This document shows, one piece after another, positions 1 through 7,596 of a stretch of 35,016 nucleotides of DNA. This DNA is from an uncultured Candidatus Saccharibacteria bacterium (GTDB taxonomy: Bacteria; Patescibacteriota; CALEFQ01). Position numbers and translations under genes: made by a program. Position 1 is the first letter of the stretch. The number at the start of each line of letters is the position of its first letter. Where the stretch lies: NCBI GenBank assembly GCA_965230955.1, contig OZ246404.1, positions 648,410-683,425 on the forward strand, given 5' to 3'. Under the pieces are notes generated by a model that saw only the letters and a list, made by a program, of their open reading frames with translations, was not told where the DNA came from and searched no databases.

Positions 1-10
1 AAAAAGCAAT

Positions 11-586
11 GTGGGATTTCTAGAAGGAAAGCGAATTCGTCTGCGCCTACTGAATCCCGAGTCAGATGCCGCTCTTGTAGTCTGTTGGATGAACGATCCG
101 GCTACCCGCGATGTGCTCGGAGACAAAAGAGCTCTTCCGTTTTCGGAAGAAACCGAGAAACAGTGGCTAAGAAAACTTTACTGTTCCGAGCCTCCCGAAA
201 AGATTGTCTTCGGCATCGAGCTAAAGAAAACCGATCGACTAATCGGTGTCATCGGTCTACACGACATTGACTGGATCTCACGCAAAACTACTATAGGGAT
301 CAAGATCGGTTTAGCCCGTTGGCGCGGTCAAGGCTATGGAACCGAAGCCACAAAACTTCTACAAGAATACGCCTTCGAAACACTTGGGCTAAATCGTATT
401 CTGGCCGAAATCCTCATTTACAACGGCGCTTCCCTGCAATGCTTCAAAAGATGTGGCTATCATCGCGAGGGCATCCTGCGTCAGGCGATGTATAAAAATG
501 GCCAGTTCCACGACGTCGCACTCCTCTCAATCCTAAGATCGGAGTGGGTAGATACACAAAAGGAGTCCAAGAAACCCAAGCGCTAA
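11..586 (+). CDS. GNAT N-acetyltransferase, RimJ/RimL (Acetyltransf_3) type
   Basis: 191 aa ORF from GTG; motifs IGVIGL, GxxIG...WRGQGYGTEA, N.AS..CF.RCGY..EG.LR typical of RimJ/RimL/SpeG-like GNATs. Confidence 0.9.
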   Translation: MGFLEGKRIRLRLLNPESDAALVVCWMNDPATRDVLGDKRALPFSEETEKQWLRKLYCSEPPEKIVFGIELKKTDRLIGVIGLHDIDWISRKTTIGIKIGLARWRGQGYGTEATKLLQEYAFETLGLNRILAEILIYNGASLQCFKRCGYHREGILRQAMYKNGQFHDVALLSILRSEWVDTQKESKKPKR

Positions 587-591
587 AAATC

Positions 592-624
592 AAGCCTCGT
601 TCGGACTTCCGAGCGAGGCTTTGC
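592..624. terminator. Hairpin after GNAT, likely intrinsic terminator between convergent genes
   Basis: aagcctcg-ttcgg-actt-ccgag-cgaggctt, about 13 bp stem, 5 nt after the stop; T-tail is short. Confidence 0.55.
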
Positions 625-639
625 TTAAAATCAAAAAAC

Positions 640-733
640 TAAAAACATAAGATTTAAAAGAAATTTAAAGACAAAAAATTTAAATGCACTTTAGATTCTA
701 AGCTTTTTATTCCTTTTAAATTTTATGTTTTTA
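640..733. repeat. AT-rich inverted repeat with 25 bp arms (23/25 complementary)
   Basis: taaaaacataagatttaaaagaaat (640-664) versus attccttttaaattttatgttttta (709-733). Confidence 0.8.
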
Positions 734-1255
734 AGCTTTGAATTTTTGCCGGTACTGCCGCAGCACTTCATATAATACAATGCCGTATGCCGTCGCCACA
801 TTGAGCGATTCTTTCACGCCCAGCATCGGGATATGAACGACCGAGTCGCATTGCTTGAGAGTTTCCTTTGATACACCCAATATCTCATTGCCGAAAATCA
901 AACAAACAGGAAAATTAAACTTAAATTCAGTACAAGGCACGCTGGCGGCGGTCTGCTCCACCGCGACCATCTGCATATTCTTAACGTTCTTAATGCTCTT
1001 AATATCTTTTATCCCTTCCCACGGAACAAAGTCCTCTGCTCCCAGGGCGGTTTTAGATATTTCTTTCCGCGGCGGGCAAGCGGTGTAGCCCGCTAAATAC
1101 AATTTTGACACCAAACAAGCGTCAGAAGTGCGAAACGCCGAGCCAACATTGTACATACTGCGCACGTTTTCGAGGACAACATAAAAAGGATTCCGAGGTT
1201 TCCCTTTCATTTCCAGAGCGCGCTTTTTTTGCTTTTCGGTGACGTTTATTATCAT
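731..1255 (-). CDS. TrmH/SpoU family RNA 2'-O-methyltransferase
   Basis: VVLENVRSMYNVGSAFRT, LIFGNEILG and IPMLGVKESLNVA SPOUT motifs; ATG at 1255 preferred over the ORF-track start at 1279. Confidence 0.92.
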   Translation of the reverse strand: MIINVTEKQKKRALEMKGKPRNPFYVVLENVRSMYNVGSAFRTSDACLVSKLYLAGYTACPPRKEISKTALGAEDFVPWEGIKDIKSIKNVKNMQMVAVEQTAASVPCTEFKFNFPVCLIFGNEILGVSKETLKQCDSVVHIPMLGVKESLNVATAYGIVLYEVLRQYRQKFKA

Positions 1256-1269
1256 ATGTTTAAATAGCA

Positions 1270-1295
1270 GGGCGGGCACATGAGCCCGCCCCTAC
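1270..1295 (-). repeat. GTAG-type REP-like palindrome
   Basis: Minus strand GTAG-GGGCGGGC-TCATGT-GCCCGCCC. Confidence 0.75.
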
Positions 1296-1300
1296 ATTAT

Positions 1301-1335
1301 TTCTTACATCTTAATTCTTAAATCTTACATCTTAT
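1301..1335. repeat. Degenerate 7-mer tandem tract (NTCTTAN)x5
   Basis: ttcttac atcttaa ttcttaa atcttac atcttat; contains the stop codon of the CYTH gene. Confidence 0.85.
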
Positions 1336-1940
1336 TTCTGCTGTCTATACACCAGCATCACCCCGTCTTCTTTGATTTCATTGCCGCGGGCAATGCCCAA
1401 TTCGTCCATCAACTTATAAATTTCTTGTTTGGCTTTGGGGATATCGCCGGCTCGGGCCACATTCAGCTCAATTTCAATCAAATCCATATTCACCTGATCC
1501 AAGCGAAATAATTTTACTTCATAAACGCCGTAGCGATATTTCTTTTCATCCGACACCTTTACTTCCAAAAATTTAGTCAGTCTGTGATTTTCCAGAATTT
1601 TTTCAGCGTCGATGGGGGTGGTAAAATCGCGTTCCGGGAAACCCAGCTTTTCGAGCACTTTGGAATTCCGCTTGAGCGCCCCGAAAATCTCCCGGGTTTC
1701 TTCCCGTCCCTCTTTGTCCGTCTTTGGCCCTTTATAGGTCAGGTAGATTTTTTTCATCCCTTCGGGATAGTTATGTTCTACAATCCGCAACTGGGTGTCT
1801 TTTTTCTCAAATAATTCTCGGCCAAAATACCAACTGGTCGAAGACGATGAGCCTTCGAAGTAGGCGCCTTTTTCTTCCAGTTTTTGGACCAGTACTTCCG
1901 GATTGTCAATTTTGGCCCGGACTCTTACTTCGATTTGCAT
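1332..1940 (-). CDS. CYTH domain protein (class IV adenylate cyclase / triphosphate tunnel family)
   Basis: N-terminal IEVRVRA (variant of ExExK), LRI, LTYKGP and IEIE motifs. Confidence 0.8.
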   Translation of the reverse strand: MQIEVRVRAKIDNPEVLVQKLEEKGAYFEGSSSSTSWYFGRELFEKKDTQLRIVEHNYPEGMKKIYLTYKGPKTDKEGREETREIFGALKRNSKVLEKLGFPERDFTTPIDAEKILENHRLTKFLEVKVSDEKKYRYGVYEVKLFRLDQVNMDLIEIELNVARAGDIPKAKQEIYKLMDELGIARGNEIKEDGVMLVYRQQK

Positions 1941-1950
1941 ATTTTTTGGC

Positions 1951-2832
1951 TTAATAATTAATATCGGCGATATAAAATTTCACTTGGTCACCGGTTACCG
2001 CCCAGTTGCCGAATTCATCCTGCTGTCCCTGAATTTTCTGGTAAAGGATTTTTCGACCGTCAGCCGAGATGGCAAATGAACCAATGATAGAATCAGCACT
2101 GGTCAGTAATTGCGCCTGGCCTGACGAGCTTTCCATCTGGAAAACAAACAACGGCTGGGCGTCAAGAGTTTCTTTGGTAAAAAAGGAATACTTTCCGTCT
2201 GGCGTGTGTTGTTCCAAGGAAATTTCGTCTCCCCGGTTCAACTGTTCTTCCATTACTTCTTCCTGGCCGGCGCTGTCGCCCACCACTTCCGACGGTACGG
2301 TTTTTTCGTTAAATACTCCGGTTTTAAATAGATCGCTTTGGCTGACTTTCAAGATCACTTCATGAGAACCATAATCAGGTTCCCCGTAGTACTGATGCTG
2401 GGTAAAAATAATCGATTCTGGACTGGCTTCATCCCAATGCAGATTATACCCGCCGACGACCGCCTCGCGCTGTCCGCTAGCGACATTGACTATTTGAACT
2501 TGCGTGCTGGCCGCCGTCAAATTGCTCATCTGAATAGCGACATGTTGACCGTCCCGCGACCAAGTCACCGGACCGTCAAAACCAGAGGCAGCCATCCCCT
2601 CGCTCGACACCGGCAATTCCCGAATATTGGTCAGTTTGATCGAACCGGTCTCGCCCGTCCCGCCCAGACTCTCCGTTGTCACCTGATCACCCGGGGTGAT
2701 CACCGGATTCAACTGATCTCCCGCCGCCTCCCGCTTACCCCAAGTGCAACCGCCAATTAAAAAAGCTAAAACTAAAAAGAAAGCAGACAATATCAGCACT
2801 TTTGACTTTTGATCTTTGACTTTTGAATTCAT
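1951..2832 (-). CDS. Lipoprotein with TolB/PD40-like beta-propeller repeats
   Basis: Signal peptide with lipobox LIGGC; WSRDG..., ISADGRKILY repeats; ATG at 2832 overlaps the fpg stop (ATGA). Confidence 0.7.
   Translation of the reverse strand: MNSKVKDQKSKVLILSAFFLVLAFLIGGCTWGKREAAGDQLNPVITPGDQVTTESLGGTGETGSIKLTNIRELPVSSEGMAASGFDGPVTWSRDGQHVAIQMSNLTAASTQVQIVNVASGQREAVVGGYNLHWDEASPESIIFTQHQYYGEPDYGSHEVILKVSQSDLFKTGVFNEKTVPSEVVGDSAGQEEVMEEQLNRGDEISLEQHTPDGKYSFFTKETLDAQPLFVFQMESSSGQAQLLTSADSIIGSFAISADGRKILYQKIQGQQDEFGNWAVTGDQVKFYIADINY
2800..2827. repeat. 7-mer tract (TTTTGAN)x4, translated as the lipoprotein N-terminus
   Basis: ttttgac ttttgat ctttgac ttttgaa = SKVKDQKSK. Confidence 0.8.
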
Positions 2833-3653
2833 TTTTGGCAATTACGGCAATAAAACGTATCCCTTCCTTGTAATTTGGTTTCGTTTATTATTTTACCACA
2901 TCGCGGGCATGGCTGTCCCACCTTCCGGTACACTTTCATAAAAACGCGCTTTTCATCTTCTTTGACGGCTACCCCGACAGTTTTCTTGATATTTTCGATG
3001 CCCCAAGGAATGATTCGCTTAATTGACTGATACAGAGCGGCGATCTCATCTGCCCCCAATTTCTTGGCTTCACGCGCCGGATCAATCATGGCCGCAAATA
3101 AAACCTCGTCGGTATAAGCATTACCCAGTCCGGCGATAAACTCCTGTTTCATCAGCAAGGGCTTGATCCGACCACGGCTTTTTTGAATATACTTTGCGAA
3201 CCATTCTTCGGTAAAGTCGAGACTTAAAGGTTCAACTCCAAGTTTGTCGAGGTGCCCGTTACTGCCCAGCCAAAATTTGGCCCAGAAAGTATGATCAGTC
3301 AGACGCAGCTCTTGGTCACTATCAAATTCCAGCGCCAACATGACTGTACCCGGCCGCCTCGTCTGGCTCGGCTGGCGGGCGAGCCCCGGCCGAGAACTTC
3401 CAGCCGACTCAACCGTCAGGCGCCCATTGAGCATTAGATGTAAAACTAATTCCGCCTTGATATTGGCTTCGTCTCTCCCGAAAGCGAAAATAAGAAATTT
3501 CCCCCTGCGCGTGACCCCAGCCAGTTTTTGATTTTTAAGTTTTGCCGCCAGATTATCCTTGCCTTGACGCGCATAAACATCAGAGACGGTTTTTCCGCCG
3601 AAATGGCGCCAAATATTCTCTTTGAGAACCTCGAGATCAGGGAGTTCAGGCAT
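2829..3653 (-). CDS. mutM: Fpg/Nei family DNA glycosylase (MutM-like)
   Basis: N-terminal PELPD, RRGKFL, H2TH GLGNAYTDE, C-terminal C4 zinc finger CPRC...CRNC. Confidence 0.9.
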   Translation of the reverse strand: MPELPDLEVLKENIWRHFGGKTVSDVYARQGKDNLAAKLKNQKLAGVTRRGKFLIFAFGRDEANIKAELVLHLMLNGRLTVESAGSSRPGLARQPSQTRRPGTVMLALEFDSDQELRLTDHTFWAKFWLGSNGHLDKLGVEPLSLDFTEEWFAKYIQKSRGRIKPLLMKQEFIAGLGNAYTDEVLFAAMIDPAREAKKLGADEIAALYQSIKRIIPWGIENIKKTVGVAVKEDEKRVFMKVYRKVGQPCPRCGKIINETKLQGRDTFYCRNCQK

Positions 3654-3661
3654 AGAGATAA

Positions 3662-3721
3662 GTCAAAAGTCAAAACTCAAAAGTCAAAAGTGTGATTATC
3701 GGGACTTTTTACTTTTGACTT
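3662..3721. repeat. Inverted 7-mer tract
   Basis: gtcaaaa gtcaaaa ctcaaaa gtcaaaa followed by the inverted arm actttttacttttgactt. Confidence 0.8.
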
Positions 3722-3741
3722 CCTGCCTGCCGGCAGGCAGG
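3722..3741. repeat. Perfect 20 bp palindrome CCTGCCTGCCGGCAGGCAGG
   Basis: Read directly from the sequence. Confidence 0.9.
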
Positions 3742-3751
3742 TTGACTTATT

Positions 3752-4126
3752 TCAGATCCTCTCCGCCACCATATTCACCAAACTGATCGAACTGCCGGCT
3801 TGAAAAACCATGTAAAACAGCAAGATGTCAGCCAGTGCAAAAATAACGGTAAAGATATCGATAATCCAAATTATTCGCGGTGGAAAAACTTTGGCCGCGA
3901 ACAGCGTGGCAATGACACCGGCCCCGCCCAAGATTCCAAAGATTATAGCCAGCCAGTAAGTCCAGTTCATCCCATACTCCATAGCTCCTTCGACCAGCGG
4001 GTCCAAAAACCCGCCCCAAGGCGAATATTCGGTATGCGACCAAATCAACAAAGCCGCCACCGCCACGGGGATCAGCGCCAGAATAAATGAAGTCCAACCG
4101 ATAATTTTTATTATTTTCTCACGCAT
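3752..4126 (-). CDS. Hypothetical membrane protein, about 3 TM helices
   Basis: 124 aa ORF with three hydrophobic segments, collinear with neighbours. Confidence 0.7.
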   Translation of the reverse strand: MREKIIKIIGWTSFILALIPVAVAALLIWSHTEYSPWGGFLDPLVEGAMEYGMNWTYWLAIIFGILGGAGVIATLFAAKVFPPRIIWIIDIFTVIFALADILLFYMVFQAGSSISLVNMVAERI

Positions 4127-4147
4127 GAGAAAGAGATGATTTACTGA

Positions 4148-5008
4148 TTACATTTGCGCCGTGCGAATTTTTTGTTCCACGATATCAACCATTCTGATGG
4201 CCGACTCGTACACCGCCAGGATTTTTTCGTTGTTTAGCTTGTATTTGGAAAAATTAGCCCGGGCATCCATGATAATTTTCACGTGCCCGGCGGCTTCTGG
4301 ACCATAACGCGCTCGAAAAAATTTATCAAATAACGACACATCTTTAAAAAAGTCCATGTAAGCGTGATTTTGCAACTCCGCTTCGGTCATCGCCACCTCC
4401 ACGCCGATAAAAATAATCGATTTCCCCAAAACAACCGCTTCGCTCAACAACAAATCCATTTCATGCGCCCGGTATTGAACCGGCGCTTTCTCCAGCGGCA
4501 AACGATAGAACTCCAGATCGATCAAACTCCGCTCCAACAAGGCTTCCCGAGAAATCGGAGGCAATTGAGCCTGGCCCAATATATCCTCGCCATCCAACAA
4601 CCGCCGAGATTGGATATAACCTTCCAGCACCCAGCGGGTGATGCCAAATGGCAGAGACAAATCTTGTTTTTTACTATCAAGCATCACGGCGCTGACGAAA
4701 ATCTCGTAAGCCTCTTTTTTCTCAGGATAAACAAAACGCACCGGGGAAAAATAAGGGCGAATGCCGACCGTACCGGTAAACTTGGCCACCGCGTCCTGGA
4801 AAACGCGCCCCAGTAAAATATGATCCTCGGGATCAATCCCGTCGAGAATGATGACGAAATTCAGGTCGGGTCGTTCCAGGCTCATTTTGCCGAGAGCGAA
4901 AGAGCCCACCACATAAAAAGCCGCCAGCTGGCCGGAAAATTTTTGCTTTATTTCCGTTTCGAAATAGCGAAATACCTGGTCAACGTATTGTTGGCGCGGA
5001 TCGATCAT
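4148..5008 (-). CDS. Pol-beta superfamily nucleotidyltransferase-like protein
   Basis: hhhGSFALG...PDLNFVII motif (DxD appears as DxN); ATG at 5008 preferred. Confidence 0.6.
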   Translation of the reverse strand: MIDPRQQYVDQVFRYFETEIKQKFSGQLAAFYVVGSFALGKMSLERPDLNFVIILDGIDPEDHILLGRVFQDAVAKFTGTVGIRPYFSPVRFVYPEKKEAYEIFVSAVMLDSKKQDLSLPFGITRWVLEGYIQSRRLLDGEDILGQAQLPPISREALLERSLIDLEFYRLPLEKAPVQYRAHEMDLLLSEAVVLGKSIIFIGVEVAMTEAELQNHAYMDFFKDVSLFDKFFRARYGPEAAGHVKIIMDARANFSKYKLNNEKILAVYESAIRMVDIVEQKIRTAQM

Positions 5009-5014
5009 GCGGGT

Positions 5015-5023
5015 ATTATAACA
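5015..5023 (-). promoter_or_regulatory. Extended -10 promoter TGnTATAAT, likely leaderless transcript
   Basis: TGTTATAAT followed by 6 nt and then the ATG at 5008. Confidence 0.55.
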
Positions 5024-5044
5024 CAAAAACAATCTAAAGGCAGG

Positions 5045-5737
5045 TCAATTGAATTTTTTTCTCATGAAAAACAGCAGGAACTTTCGATCCTTATCAAAGC
5101 CGACTTCTTGGCCAATATTCAGAATCTCGAAATACGGACTAAAAATTCTTCTTATCTCGGCCGGGGTGAAAAAGTGGGTATAATGCTGCCCCTCGAAAAG
5201 GGTCCATGGTTTCTTTTGTCCTTGAAAATATCCCTGATAGCACTTAGTCTCACGGCTAAAACAATAGAGCTTATAATAACCGCCGGGTATCAGCATTTTC
5301 CTGATATTGGTTAGATATTTCTCTCGTTGCTTCAGCCTGAAATGATGAAAACAACCGGAGTCATTAATAATATCAAAACTGTTTTTGGGCCAAGGCAATT
5401 TCAACACATCACCAATAACGAACTTGGTATTTTTTAATGCGCGCGTCGCGGATCTGGCCAATTTAATGGCATTGCGTGAATAGTCTATTCCGGTCACGGC
5501 CAAACCATGCTCCGCGAAATATTTTGCCGCGATCCCGCGCCCGCAGCCGAGATCCAGCAAGCGTCCCTTTTTTACTCCCTGATTTTTCAAAAATTGTAAG
5601 AATTTTTTGTTTTCCGGACGTAGGTTCCGGCTCAAAAAAGTACCCAGCTCTTTTCTCGGCTGTTGCAAAGCTTTTTTCCAAGCGGATTCATAGAAATCGA
5701 GCTGTCTTTCAATCTTCGATGCTTTAATTTTGGCCAT
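5045..5737 (-). CDS. Class I SAM-dependent methyltransferase
   Basis: LLDLGCGRG motif I, GIDYS, FDIINDSGCFHH; ATG at 5737 lies just after the mutL stop. Confidence 0.9.
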   Translation of the reverse strand: MAKIKASKIERQLDFYESAWKKALQQPRKELGTFLSRNLRPENKKFLQFLKNQGVKKGRLLDLGCGRGIAAKYFAEHGLAVTGIDYSRNAIKLARSATRALKNTKFVIGDVLKLPWPKNSFDIINDSGCFHHFRLKQREKYLTNIRKMLIPGGYYKLYCFSRETKCYQGYFQGQKKPWTLFEGQHYTHFFTPAEIRRIFSPYFEILNIGQEVGFDKDRKFLLFFMRKKFN

Positions 5738-5747
5738 TTTGAAATTT

Positions 5748-7526
5748 TTACTTTCTCCTCCCAAAACTTTTCTCGAGTTGCGACCAATCCAGCTCAATCA
5801 TCACCGGCCGCCCGTGGGGGCAAGTTTTAACTTGGCCGGAAAGCACGATATCAACCACATGTTTCATTTCATCGTAGCTGATTTCATCTCCCGCTTTGAT
5901 CGCTCCCCGGCAAGCCATGGTGGCGGCAATTTTTTCGTGTGTATCGCGGATTTTCTTTATTTGCGGCGAAGTCAAAAGATCATCAACCACTTCTCTTAGA
6001 AATTGCTTAAGATCGACTTTCGTCAAATCAGCCGGCACCGCGCTTACGGAAAACATTTTCACGTTTCCGGTTCCGCCAAACTCCTCGATCTCAAATCCGA
6101 CATTCTTCAGAATCTTTAAATATTCCTTTAGAACACCTGCTTCTTTGGCACTTAATTCTAGCCTAGCTGGTGTCAGCAACTTTTGAATTTTGATTTTTAA
6201 ATTTCTTTTAGATTTTAAGCTTTGATTTTTGAATCTATCGAAAAGTTCCCTCTCATTCGCCGCGTGTTGATCTATTAATTTTAGCCCGTCTTTATCCTCC
6301 ACCACCAGATAGGTTTTATTCACCTGCCCTAAAATATTATAAGCTTCGGCCTGCACGATCGGTTCTTCCGCCAATAATTCTTTAACAAATCGCTGAGACG
6401 CCGGAGCCGATCCCCGAAATCGCGTCGGCCCAAAGTTTTGCTGAGAAATCATTCGCCCGCCCCTGAATTCGGTCTTGGGGAGCGCGCCCCCAGATTGGCG
6501 ATAAACCGGCCTTCCGCCCAGATCAACCGACGGCGTCAGTTCCACCTTTTGCAGTGCTGAGTGAATCACTTCTTTGACGGCGCTGTAAATCATATTTTGA
6601 TTGAGGAACCTGATTTCTTTTTTCTGCGGATGGACATTGACGTCAACCAGACTGGGATCGAGCGCCAGGAACAAGAAGTACACGGGATATTCCTGTTTTT
6701 GCAGCATGGTATGGTAGCCCTCAAACGCCGCTTTGGCTACCAGGCGGTTTTCCACTCTTCGATTATTAACGAATAAAAATTGATGCTCCCGAGACGCCCG
6801 AGCCACGGCCGGCTTGCCGACAAAACCGGAAATTTTAAGATACGGGCTTTGGTAATGGAGCGGGATAATATTTTTGGCCAACTCCTCGCCAAACAAAGCC
6901 TTGATCCGCTCCGGTAGTTTCTGCTTTTCCGGCAGAGCCATTGCCTGGCGCTTATTATTTAGGAGGCGAAAACCGATCGCCGGGTGTGCCAAAGCCAAAT
7001 CTGTAACCGCGGTTAAGATATGCCCGTATTCGGTTTCTTTGGACTTCAAGTATTTTCGCCGGGCCGGCGTATTGTAAAACAAGTCCGTAACTTCGATCGT
7101 CGTCCCGGTCGGCGTCCCAATATCTCTCGGTTCTTTCATTTCTCCGCCGGATATCTTGATTTCTGTCCCGGAAATCTGACGCGGCAAACGCGAACGCAAC
7201 AAGACCTTGGCGATCGAGGCGATCGACGGCAGAGCTTCCCCGCGGAAACCGAGAGTTTTTATTTTAAATAAATCATCGCTGGTCGCTATTTTACTGGTGG
7301 CATGTCGCGCGAAAGCCAGTTTTGCGTCAGAGCGATCCATACCGGAACCATTATCAACAATCCGTATTTTCTTCTGCCCGCCTTCTTCCACCTCCACCGA
7401 AATATTGATCGCGCCCGCATCGATGGAATTTTCCACCAGCTCTTTCACAACCGAAGCCGGCCGCTCGACAACTTCGCCGGCGGCAATTTGGTTCATGAGG
7501 TCTTGGGGAAGAACCTTGATTTTCAT
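5748..7526 (-). CDS. mutL: DNA mismatch repair protein MutL
   Basis: NQIAAGEVVERPASVVKELVENSIDAGA, TLGFRGEAL, DVNVHP, DQHA, ACR and CPHGRP motifs. Confidence 0.98.
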   Translation of the reverse strand: MKIKVLPQDLMNQIAAGEVVERPASVVKELVENSIDAGAINISVEVEEGGQKKIRIVDNGSGMDRSDAKLAFARHATSKIATSDDLFKIKTLGFRGEALPSIASIAKVLLRSRLPRQISGTEIKISGGEMKEPRDIGTPTGTTIEVTDLFYNTPARRKYLKSKETEYGHILTAVTDLALAHPAIGFRLLNNKRQAMALPEKQKLPERIKALFGEELAKNIIPLHYQSPYLKISGFVGKPAVARASREHQFLFVNNRRVENRLVAKAAFEGYHTMLQKQEYPVYFLFLALDPSLVDVNVHPQKKEIRFLNQNMIYSAVKEVIHSALQKVELTPSVDLGGRPVYRQSGGALPKTEFRGGRMISQQNFGPTRFRGSAPASQRFVKELLAEEPIVQAEAYNILGQVNKTYLVVEDKDGLKLIDQHAANERELFDRFKNQSLKSKRNLKIKIQKLLTPARLELSAKEAGVLKEYLKILKNVGFEIEEFGGTGNVKMFSVSAVPADLTKVDLKQFLREVVDDLLTSPQIKKIRDTHEKIAATMACRGAIKAGDEISYDEMKHVVDIVLSGQVKTCPHGRPVMIELDWSQLEKSFGRRK

Positions 7527-7543
7527 ATTTCTAATATTCCATG

Positions 7544-7589
7544 CCCGCCTTCAGGCGGGGTTTATCATTTGACCGGGGCTAAAGCCCCG
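7544..7589. repeat. Pair of short GC-rich hairpins between mutS and mutL
   Basis: cccgcc-ttca-ggcggg (7544-7559) and cggggc-taaa-gccccg (7574-7589). Confidence 0.7.
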
Positions 7590-7596
7590 AATGGGA

